A program made the translations under genes and the position numbers. Below the pieces are notes generated by a model. The model was not told where the DNA came from, made no database searches, and saw only the letters and a program-made list of their open reading frames with translations. This document shows, piece after piece, positions 1 through 7,162 of a stretch of 51,623 nucleotides of DNA (position 1 is its first letter; each line of letters opens with the position of its first letter). The DNA is taken from IMG/VR virus record IMGVR_UViG_3300030107_005790, positions 1 to 51,623 of that record; one strand, written 5' to 3'. Origin of the DNA: a virus (lineage: Duplodnaviria > Caudoviricetes).

Positions 1-100
1 CTGTAGCAATATCCACCGTTATAAGTGTCCTCAACCAATCTTTCTATCTCTGATTGTTCAAGGTTGTTATCATTCCAATGCATCATTGCAGCCTTTACGA
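1..100. repeat. Terminal direct repeat, left copy (circularity overlap with 51524-51623)
   Basis: 1-100 matches 51524-51623 except position 99 (g) vs 51622 (a). The repeat lies inside a CDS whose reading frame continues across the junction. Confidence 0.97.
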
Positions 101-896
101 AATTACTAGGAAACCCATTTCGCCTGAAATGACTTATTATCCTCATAGCAGTATGATGCCTATTCCCTTCTTGAGGGCCTAAGTTAATCATTGATTGTAT
201 GCATGGAACTATATTAGAAGGCTCTGTTACTTTCTTTTCTGACCTAATACTAGGTATCTCAGTAACTATATGCTCTTCTAATTCCCCATCTCCAATCATT
301 TCTGTATAAGGAAATTCTAGCCTAGGAGTTTCTGCTAATTTTAGTATTTCATCTGGGCTGCTACTCATGATTTCTCTCATGGTAATTGGAATTTTGTACA
401 ATCCAGTTTTCTGATTCTTTGTATGTTGTACTCTGTATATACCTGTTCTCATATAGACGCTACTATCTATGCCTATATCTTGGAATAAATATTCCATGGT
501 ATACTTTACTACATATGGTAAATCATCAGAGGGACTGAAATTGAACACGCTATTTGGTAATACTAGGTGATATCCTGTACCGCTAAAGAAAGGCTGAATA
601 CTTTCTGAGTCTACTCCCAATTCTTCAAGATGCATAATAGCAGCCTGAGCTTTTTGTTGAGTAAACTCATTAGTATTCTTTTCTTTATCAATATCGATTA
701 GTATCTTATCAATAGCACGTTCGCCTATATACCTTTTTATGGTATTGTTTTCGTCTGCATACTTCTTAGCATCTTCATTGTATAAATACATTGACCTGTA
801 TAAAGGGTCTTTTGAATTTATATATTTTACTAAGTCGTTTTTAGCGATTAGGAGTCCACGATTAAATGGACTCCCTTGTGCTATTTCAACAAACAT
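1..896 (-). CDS. N-terminal part of an AEP primase-polymerase / PriL-CTD-like / SF4 helicase fusion (spans the window junction; about 589 aa with 50650-51523). Missing from the ORF track.
   Basis: Manual translation from ATG at 896 (TAATG overlap with the upstream gene): MFVEIAQGSPFNRG...ILIDIDKE...FFSGTGYHLV...IDSSVYMRTGIYRVQHTKNQKTGLYKIP...VPCIQSM...GNRHHTAMRI. AEP motifs DxD, SGxGxH and a third Asp are present. The frame is open and in frame with ORF 50650..51609 across the junction. Confidence 0.9.
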   Translation of the reverse strand, partial: MFVEIAQGSPFNRGLLIAKNDLVKYINSKDPLYRSMYLYNEDAKKYADENNTIKRYIGERAIDKILIDIDKEKNTNEFTQQKAQAAIMHLEELGVDSESIQPFFSGTGYHLVLPNSVFNFSPSDDLPYVVKYTMEYLFQDIGIDSSVYMRTGIYRVQHTKNQKTGLYKIPITMREIMSSSPDEILKLAETPRLEFPYTEMIGDGELEEHIVTEIPSIRSEKKVTEPSNIVPCIQSMINLGPQEGNRHHTAMRIISHFRRNGFPSNFVKAAMMHWNDNNLEQSEIERLVEDTYNGGYCY

Positions 897-1528
897 TATA
901 AGCTACTTAATCCAGCATCAGCTAGTTCTACCTCTTGATTTGGCGCAGCGGCAGATTCTTTATGCTCTTTAATGTAACCTTGAGACTTCATCCAATTAAC
1001 CTTGTCTTTCAACTTGGTCCTATTTTCAGCAGTGTCTAGGTAAATCTCTGGATAAATAGTAGTAAATACTTTGCCACTACCATTTTTGGATTTTTCTTTA
1101 TAAACATATGCTATATATTTATAATCCATATCTTCTCCAGGCATACCATTAAACCCACATTTATCGTTGAGGAATGATGCAATATCTTTAATGGGCTTTT
1201 CATCATAGGTTTCCCATTCGCCTTGCATGTTGATTCCTGCTTCACATTTGATTACACCGAAGAAATGGTTAATCTTATTTACTACTCTATTCTCTCCTGG
1301 AGTAGCAGTTAGATTGCCATTACCATCTTTGTCGAATCTTCCTGTGATTCTTAGGGTTTTATCATAATCACTTCCTTCTTGTCTAACAGTCACTGAAATA
1401 TAGACATCTGACCAATCATACTTTGAAGATAAATCATCAAAGTCTTTAATTGCTATTTTACAGATGCCATAGAACTTGCTGCCGTCTGAAGGAGATGGTG
1501 TTGTTGGTTTGTATAAAGCCATTTTCAC
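896..1528 (-). CDS. Probable single-stranded DNA-binding protein
   Basis: 210 aa, beta-rich, with a flexible C-terminal tail. It lies between the Sak4-like ATPase and the primase-helicase, the usual SSB position. Positional inference only. Confidence 0.5.
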   Translation of the reverse strand: MKMALYKPTTPSPSDGSKFYGICKIAIKDFDDLSSKYDWSDVYISVTVRQEGSDYDKTLRITGRFDKDGNGNLTATPGENRVVNKINHFFGVIKCEAGINMQGEWETYDEKPIKDIASFLNDKCGFNGMPGEDMDYKYIAYVYKEKSKNGSGKVFTTIYPEIYLDTAENRTKLKDKVNWMKSQGYIKEHKESAAAPNQEVELADAGLSSL

Positions 1529-2205
1529 TAGCCTCCTTTTATTGGTTTGTATATATTAGACCACTTAAAATCGACTTCTTCGCCTCTTAAATGTGGACAT
1601 CTACTTCCTGCCTCTATTGCTTCTCCTGATTTAAAAGATACTTTTAATGTTTCTTTTTCAGGGTCTCTAAATACATATCCAATAGCATCACAATCTGCCA
1701 TTATCATATTCTTTAGCTTTCCTGTTATATCTAGACTTTCAGGTTCTACAATAGCTTTCCCTTCTACTATTGCTCTAGCTGACTTTCTATGGCCAACTAG
1801 TATTAGACCTTCACAAATACTCTTAAAAGCCTTTATAGTGTTCATAACTTTATCACGAACTAGTGCGTAACCCTTACCGAAAGATAAATCGGCAAGGGCT
1901 TGCACATCATGTTCAGCGATAACTGCCTTTTCAGCCCAATCAACAATCTTGTCGATGGTATCTAAAGCAATATATCTAAAGTCATGTCCACCATTAGCTT
2001 TTTTGAGAACTTCGATTAGGTCGCCTCTGCTGTTAACCTCTACAATATGACCTTCTACCATATGAGAGCCCTTTTCAGTGTCTACAATAAGACACTTATC
2101 TAGTTTTGACAACATAGTTGTCTTTCCTACTTTTGGGGCTCCGTATAGCAGCAGGATTGCTGGGTTTACAGAGACTACTTTTCTCTTTTTGACTTCTAGT
2201 CTCAT
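1528..2205 (-). CDS. Sak4-like / AAA_24 P-loop ATPase (ssDNA annealing protein)
   Basis: LLYGAPKVGKTT Walker A, DTEKG, ALDTID Walker B, GKGY, ILVGH, DAIGY. SD GAGGAG upstream. Confidence 0.85.
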   Translation of the reverse strand: MRLEVKKRKVVSVNPAILLLYGAPKVGKTTMLSKLDKCLIVDTEKGSHMVEGHIVEVNSRGDLIEVLKKANGGHDFRYIALDTIDKIVDWAEKAVIAEHDVQALADLSFGKGYALVRDKVMNTIKAFKSICEGLILVGHRKSARAIVEGKAIVEPESLDITGKLKNMIMADCDAIGYVFRDPEKETLKVSFKSGEAIEAGSRCPHLRGEEVDFKWSNIYKPIKGG

Positions 2206-2875
2206 TTGTGACTCCTCTCTCGTTAAGCACTAGGTGTTGTTTTCTAAAAGACGATGGAGATAACGACTTCCAAATATACGAATAATAAGGCCTATGATGC
2301 AACACATTAAATGCTGCTGATAAGCCTAAACCTGATATTATCGAGGCTGTGAATATCGTATGTTTTTCAGTACAAGGTTCATCTGCAATGTCTATACTCG
2401 GCTTCCATGTATTGAAGAATATATCTTTTTGTTGGCTGCATGTTATAACTTCCATAGTTACAGCTCCCATTCTCATATCTATGAGGAATATTCTTTCATT
2501 CATATCTTTCCAAGCATTCCAAACAGCAAGACGAACCTCCATATTATCTGGAGCCATCATCACTTTGTCTGTTAAGGGTTTTTCTGGTGTCCATGGTTCA
2601 GTATGCTCAATAATTCTACATTTGCTATTGAAATACTTACCAACTTCTTTTGCTGCTGAAGTCTTAGACTTACCAAGGAACTTCTCTGGATACATTGTAG
2701 TGCTGAGATTATGTTCTTCTAAATCATCAAAATCCCATACATGTATCTTTTTAAAGCCCATAATTGCTGCGTTGATGACCAGAGACGAGCCGACTCCCCC
2801 TACGCCTATTATAGTCAACTCGTCTAGTTTGTTCTGGTCAATCATATCTTTATTTCTTAGATACCTATTTCTCAT
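2096..2875 (-). CDS. ThiF/MoeB/E1-like ubiquitin-like-protein activating enzyme
   Basis: N-terminal RYLR, IIGVGGVGS nucleotide-binding loop, WDFDDLEEHNL, GKSK, PDNMEVR, IDMRMG, and a candidate catalytic Cys in DEPCTEK (codon 2372-2374). No CxxC Zn pairs. Confidence 0.93.
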   Translation of the reverse strand: MRNRYLRNKDMIDQNKLDELTIIGVGGVGSSLVINAAIMGFKKIHVWDFDDLEEHNLSTTMYPEKFLGKSKTSAAKEVGKYFNSKCRIIEHTEPWTPEKPLTDKVMMAPDNMEVRLAVWNAWKDMNERIFLIDMRMGAVTMEVITCSQQKDIFFNTWKPSIDIADEPCTEKHTIFTASIISGLGLSAAFNVLHHRPYYSYIWKSLSPSSFRKQHLVLNERGVTNETRSQKEKSSLCKPSNPAAIRSPKSRKDNYVVKTR

Positions 2876-3705
2876 GATAACAGTCCAAAAGAATCATTCC
2901 AAGAGGCTATATCATCTGGCTCCTCTCCAAAAGTTTCTGTATATTTCTTAGAAACCTTATCGAATCTTTTCTTTATTTTGTTATATTTCTTTTTAGATAT
3001 CTTTCCATGCTCAAGATTAGCTTCAGCCTGAGTCATTTCTTTCTCTACAGCTTCATACTCTTCTTCTAGCCTATCTTCTTCTTTTAAGGCTTTATTATCT
3101 TCATAAAACCCACCCCAAAGAGTTCTTTGGCCTACTCCTGGCTTAGTACGACTGAGTCCATTGTAAAATACAGTTGGTGATTTCTTCCGTTTTTTATCCA
3201 TTTCATCAGCGTATTTAACCCATTCATCAAGAGGCTTGATTTTAGGAGATTTAACTTCAATATCTTTAGTTTCTACTAATTGAATTTGATTGAAGTTATC
3301 TAAATAGCTTATACCAAATGCAAACTTTGTTTTAGTATGAGCTACTACTAGACTGGGATATCCTACTTTATTGGCAGCTTCTTCAAGTTGCTGTTTATCT
3401 GTTCCACTAAAGTATGCTCCCATTCCATGGTGCGAATGAATTAATCCCATAAAGCATTTCTGGTAATCTGGATGCTTATCATATATTTCTTTTGATATTT
3501 CAACCCAATCTTCACCATCCCATTCAGTGCTTGTTGCGTCTCCCAGGTCAAGTGTTACGAAACCTCTGAGTGTCCATTCTGCAGGGAATCCATCATCATC
3601 GTACTTAACGCTATAAAATGCTGGTCCACTCCACTCAGTGTTTTTATAACGACCCAAGAGATAATTGATGTGTTTCTGGCTTTGCTGTGTTATTATTAAT
3701 TTCAT
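2872..3705 (-). CDS. JAB/MPN+ (JAMM) metallopeptidase, deubiquitinase-like
   Basis: Catalytic Glu in TEWSG and an exact HxH-x7-S-x2-D motif HSHHGMGAYFSGTD (3397-3438). Charged coiled-coil C-terminal tail. Confidence 0.9.
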   Translation of the reverse strand: MKLIITQQSQKHINYLLGRYKNTEWSGPAFYSVKYDDDGFPAEWTLRGFVTLDLGDATSTEWDGEDWVEISKEIYDKHPDYQKCFMGLIHSHHGMGAYFSGTDKQQLEEAANKVGYPSLVVAHTKTKFAFGISYLDNFNQIQLVETKDIEVKSPKIKPLDEWVKYADEMDKKRKKSPTVFYNGLSRTKPGVGQRTLWGGFYEDNKALKEEDRLEEEYEAVEKEMTQAEANLEHGKISKKKYNKIKKRFDKVSKKYTETFGEEPDDIASWNDSFGLLS

Positions 3706-5107
3706 TTAATACTTTTCTCCTTTCTCTTTCGAGGTATGCTAGTTTCTCTTTGTTTACTATTAGTTTTAACGATTCCAACTCTTCTTTCATATAATTAAAA
3801 CGCTCTACAGCTTCATCTAATAAGGTACTTGAAGATGGTATTGTTTTTTCTACTTCTTTCGTTATATCAAAAGAATAGCTGGTATCGTGTATTGATTCTT
3901 CTGCTCTAAGTATGAATACATCAGGATTTCCAATTAGCCACTTAATAGCAGCCATAGGAGGGGATGAATCATTATCGCCTGTTACATTACTTTGAATCCA
4001 ATTGTAATGAGGTGACAATTTTTTAAGTTCTTTTGAGTCAACCTTGAATCTCATATTCAAATAAAATGAGCCATTGTTATAAAGCATTTTATATGCAAGC
4101 TCTTTCATTTTCATAAAGTCAGGTATAACCTTTCCTAAATCAGCCCTAAGTGATTCTTTTGTGTTAAATTTCATCCACAAAGAATTGTATTCATTTTGTT
4201 TCTCTCTGTCATTCCAAGATGAATATGGATTTGCTACCCTAAACTTTTCTAATATCTCTAAAGTTTGTTCTATAGGCATTGTTGCTCCACCATCTTCATC
4301 TGGACTTATTAAGTTCCAAAATGCAAATGCATTATAGATATCTTTACTTGTTCTAAAACAGCTGACCCTATATCTTTCATTCATTATATTATGAAACTTT
4401 CTTTTCACTCTATAAGTCTTAAAAGTAATAGGCTTAAATGATTTGAATTTTTTAGCTTCTTCTTCATTTAAATCATCTACTATATAGTAATAAGCTTCTG
4501 GGTCTACAGTCAATTCATCTTCTCTTGCATCAAAGTATTTACCTCTGGTGTATACATCTCTACCATTGTATTCTTCGATATATTTACGAATTAACTTACA
4601 AGCACCATAGAAATTAGCAGACCATAAAGCATTGTCTATTGCTGTTTTATGACCACCAAAACATCCTTTACCTGCTTGAATATGTGGATGTTCTGCAGGT
4701 CTAAGACAATGTTCTCCATGTCTATCACATCCATCTTGATGGAAAGCAAGTTCCCATCCTCCATAAGGATTAAATTTCAATTCTGCTATATAATCTCCTG
4801 GATAGATGAATCTTCTACATTTAAATCTTGGATTGATGATTCTAATCCACAATGTAAGAGTATATGTTGTCTTTTTTATAACATCTCCATCTTTCTCATT
4901 CTTCATAGTATTAGAATGTGACTCAATTGAGTAAATGTTAAACAATTTCTTTTCATGCTGCACATTTACTTGAGATATCATCTTTTCTTGCATTTTCATA
5001 GCCTCTTTGTCTTTCAGAAGCTTATAAGTACTGCTATAAGGCAGTTCTAATGTCTCTATATTATGTATAATCTTATTTACATAACTGCTAAAGCTTATTA
5101 ATCGCAT
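3644..5107 (-). CDS. Putative prokaryotic E2 (UBC-like) conjugating enzyme with a long C-terminal extension
   Basis: HPHIQAGKGCFG (4661-4690) resembles the E2 HPN(I)...G.IC active-site motif, after predicted beta strands and before a helix. It sits between the Ubl and JAB genes. Start probably 5107 (GGAG SD) rather than 5119. Confidence 0.68.
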   Translation of the reverse strand: MRLISFSSYVNKIIHNIETLELPYSSTYKLLKDKEAMKMQEKMISQVNVQHEKKLFNIYSIESHSNTMKNEKDGDVIKKTTYTLTLWIRIINPRFKCRRFIYPGDYIAELKFNPYGGWELAFHQDGCDRHGEHCLRPAEHPHIQAGKGCFGGHKTAIDNALWSANFYGACKLIRKYIEEYNGRDVYTRGKYFDAREDELTVDPEAYYYIVDDLNEEEAKKFKSFKPITFKTYRVKRKFHNIMNERYRVSCFRTSKDIYNAFAFWNLISPDEDGGATMPIEQTLEILEKFRVANPYSSWNDREKQNEYNSLWMKFNTKESLRADLGKVIPDFMKMKELAYKMLYNNGSFYLNMRFKVDSKELKKLSPHYNWIQSNVTGDNDSSPPMAAIKWLIGNPDVFILRAEESIHDTSYSFDITKEVEKTIPSSSTLLDEAVERFNYMKEELESLKLIVNKEKLAYLERERRKVLNEINNNTAKPETHQLSLGSL

Positions 5108-5122
5108 TTTTCTCTCCATTTT

Positions 5123-5182
5123 AGCAAGCAGGGCAAGATAAGGAGCTCGAATGAATAAAACGAGAAACTTACCCTGCCTGCT
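5123..5182 (-). promoter_or_regulatory. Intergenic RNA stem-loop between the Ubl and E2 genes
   Basis: Minus-strand arms AGCAGGCAGGGTAAG / CTTGCCCTGCTTGCT form 15 bp with two G-U pairs, plus an inner CTCG/CGAG stem. Confidence 0.75.
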
Positions 5183-5197
5183 TAGGTTAACCTATCA

Positions 5198-5446
5198 CTA
5201 TTTACCAGATTTGTTACTTTTCTTGTGAACTTGCAAGTAATCATCAGGCTGAAGAACTGTATTAACAGTTACTCTGTCTCTTGCTTCTCCATTGCCTGTT
5301 GTTATTTCAAGAAATACATCAGTTGGTGAGATGTTATCTTCTTGAAGTACATCACCTACAGTCATGCCTGACTTTAAATCTTTAGATTGAAGTCTATTGC
5401 CTGTCATAAATGATGATAGTTTGTATGTAAGATTGCTATTTGCCAT
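5198..5446 (-). CDS. Ubiquitin-like (beta-grasp, ThiS/MoaD-like) protein ending ...KSNKSGK
   Basis: 82 aa with beta-grasp hallmarks GMTVGDVL (start of helix) and VLQPDDYLQV (last strand), then a flexible tail with a penultimate Gly. First gene of the E2-JAB-E1 cluster. Followed by three in-frame stops TAG TGA TAG. Confidence 0.8.
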   Translation of the reverse strand: MANSNLTYKLSSFMTGNRLQSKDLKSGMTVGDVLQEDNISPTDVFLEITTGNGEARDRVTVNTVLQPDDYLQVHKKSNKSGK

Positions 5447-5705
5447 TTGTCGTTATCTCCTCTAGGTTTGTTGTATATACATTATTATTCCATTCAAAAG
5501 TCATTCCAGGTCCAAGTAAATTTCTTTGGAACTTAAATTCCTTCTCGAATGGTGTTAACTCGCTTTTCTCTACGCTTTTCTCTATTGGTGGCAATATTAC
5601 AATGCTATTGCCGTTCGAACATTCATCTAATGATACTTTTATTAAGTATATCATTAAAATTATTACTATTGATAAAAGTGCTATTAAAGACTTGAATAAA
5701 TTCAT
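5436..5705 (-). CDS. Small membrane-anchored protein with a C-terminal F..F..R..G..F.W....Y.T domain
   Basis: N-terminal hydrophobic helix, FEKEFKFQRNLLGPGMTFEWNNNVYTT, SD AAGGAG. Confidence 0.7.
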   Translation of the reverse strand: MNLFKSLIALLSIVIILMIYLIKVSLDECSNGNSIVILPPIEKSVEKSELTPFEKEFKFQRNLLGPGMTFEWNNNVYTTNLEEITTNGK

Positions 5706-5732
5706 TTCTTTCTCCTTTTTGTTTTAAATGAT

Positions 5733-5757
5733 GGGGAGAAGTGGCATACTCCTCCCC
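5733..5757 (-). promoter_or_regulatory. GC-rich hairpin downstream of the ParB-like gene (terminator or processing site)
   Basis: Minus strand GGGGAGGAGT-ATGCC-ACTTCTCCCC, 10 bp with one G-U. No strong U-tract. Confidence 0.55.
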
Positions 5758-5826
5758 GAGGGTAAAAACACACTATTTTACTCACGCTGTACAGTTCGAT
5801 GAGCTTATCCATGTGTTAGGGAATGT

Positions 5827-6504
5827 TTAAGACTTAGCTTTTTTAGGCAACCTTAAGCTACCTGGGGCAACATATAGAGCTTTTAATTTCTTTCTCTTCT
5901 CTATGCAGCCAATAAGCTGTCTTTTTGGAATGAAGTTGTACATTGCATGCTTTGTCTTCATAATACTTTCGACATTTAGCATATAATATGCAAATTTCTT
6001 CATTTGAACTTGAGTACTTTGACCAGTATAATCTCTATACATTTTCATTACTGTATGAATACTTGCTGGTGAAGTGTTTCTTTCTATTAATAGTCTAAAA
6101 AGACCCCAAGCTGCTTTCTTTCCAAGCCAAGTTTCTAAAGGCTTTATATAAAGATTTAGATACTTTTCTGGAATAGAAGCTTTGTTCATGTAACGCCATA
6201 GATACTGAGCTCCATTCATTCTAAGTGTATGTTCATTTGTTGCTAAAAAGAATGAATCTGTTGTTTTTTGCTCAATCTGATGCTGTATTACATTGACTTT
6301 CTTCCAATTTAATTCAAGGATACATCTGAATCTTCTATGTCCATTGATTATTACATTGTTTTTATCGATTGTTAAAGGCTCAATAAGACCTCTTTCTTTT
6401 ATATCTTCCCTCAAGCCGTCAATAGAACGATTAGCCACTGTTCTTGATGGTGGATTGTATATTGATGGATTAATTGAAGATACTTTTATCTCTTTTAGCT
6501 TCAT
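5827..6504 (-). CDS. ParB/Sulfiredoxin N-terminal domain protein
   Basis: YNPPSR...LREDIKERGLIEPLTID...IINGHRRF, carrying the ParB/Srx GxxR box. SD AAGGAG. Confidence 0.85.
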   Translation of the reverse strand: MKLKEIKVSSINPSIYNPPSRTVANRSIDGLREDIKERGLIEPLTIDKNNVIINGHRRFRCILELNWKKVNVIQHQIEQKTTDSFFLATNEHTLRMNGAQYLWRYMNKASIPEKYLNLYIKPLETWLGKKAAWGLFRLLIERNTSPASIHTVMKMYRDYTGQSTQVQMKKFAYYMLNVESIMKTKHAMYNFIPKRQLIGCIEKRKKLKALYVAPGSLRLPKKAKS

Positions 6505-6537
6505 TTTCTCTCCTTTTTGCTATTGTTGTTGTAATTA

Positions 6538-6952
6538 TACAGGCGTGGAGTTTTTATACTACCTCAACCGAGGCCTACTGCAACTTCCAGCCAGTCGATT
6601 CCCTTGCTGCGTATATGTTGTACTTAATAAAGCTCCTGTTTATTAAATCCCGCAGTTATTTGTGCCTGTAATTATTTGAGAGAACCTCACATTTTCCTTT
6701 GCCTACTAGCTGACAGTTTCACCTAGGTTGTAGGACTTATTTTCCCTATCTGTTTCACGAAGCTGGTACCAATCCCAGTCTATGACCACATTGATAGGAG
6801 GACCAGTTATTGGCTCTCTCAATTATTTGGGGAGGCTTGACCCTCGTTAGTTACAGGGCACCTGAAAAGGTTATCGTAGTAACTCGCCTGTCAATATCCT
6901 CCCCTATTTAAACTAATCTGACATGAGGTTTGTACCATGCATCCACAGATTA
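6538..6952 (-). ncRNA. Candidate cluster of 3-4 tandem structured RNA elements
   Basis: About 440 bp without a credible ORF. Consecutive units are closed by terminal stems at 6538-6670, 6676-6822, 6829-6904 and 6914-6952 and separated by short AT spacers. Confidence 0.5.
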
Positions 6953-7162
6953 TGTTGTTTCATTAGTTCTTATGGCTACATATTTATCCCATAAGCCATT
7001 ATCTTTTAAGAACTTATCATTAAACTCCTGATTAAGCCTTTGCTGTTTAATCATTTGTTTAGCTTGTTCTATAGTTCTACGCATCTCTGCGTTCTGACTC
7101 TTTAAGTCTTCGATAGAAAGATTAAGCTCGTTAATATATTCTATCCTTCTTTTATCGCTCAT
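6950..7162 (-). CDS. Hypothetical coiled-coil protein
   Basis: 70-aa ORF with an ATGA overlap to the upstream gene. Confidence 0.7.
   Translation of the reverse strand: MSDKRRIEYINELNLSIEDLKSQNAEMRRTIEQAKQMIKQQRLNQEFNDKFLKDNGLWDKYVAIRTNETT

Noticed and set aside
1-100. Biological terminal repeat of the virion DNA
   Set aside because: It falls in the middle of the primase-helicase CDS and is exactly 100 nt, which is more consistent with an assembly overlap.
2096-2875. ThiF gene as a thiamine/molybdopterin auxiliary metabolic gene
   Set aside because: I saw no thiG, moaE or sulfur-relay genes. Its neighbours are JAB, E2-like and Ubl genes, and the Zn-binding CxxC pairs of ThiF/MoeB are absent.
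739-6671. Plus-strand ORFs in the track (739, 1547, 2349, 2360, 4649, 5440, 6293, 6474)
   Set aside because: Mostly antisense shadows of well-supported minus-strand genes, with no convincing SD or recognisable motifs.
6829-6904. 76-nt element with a 7-bp GGGGAGG/CCTCCCC stem resembling a tRNA acceptor arm
   Set aside because: No TTCRA T-loop, D-arm or anticodon arm. It folds as a rod, so it is kept only as an unclassified structured element.
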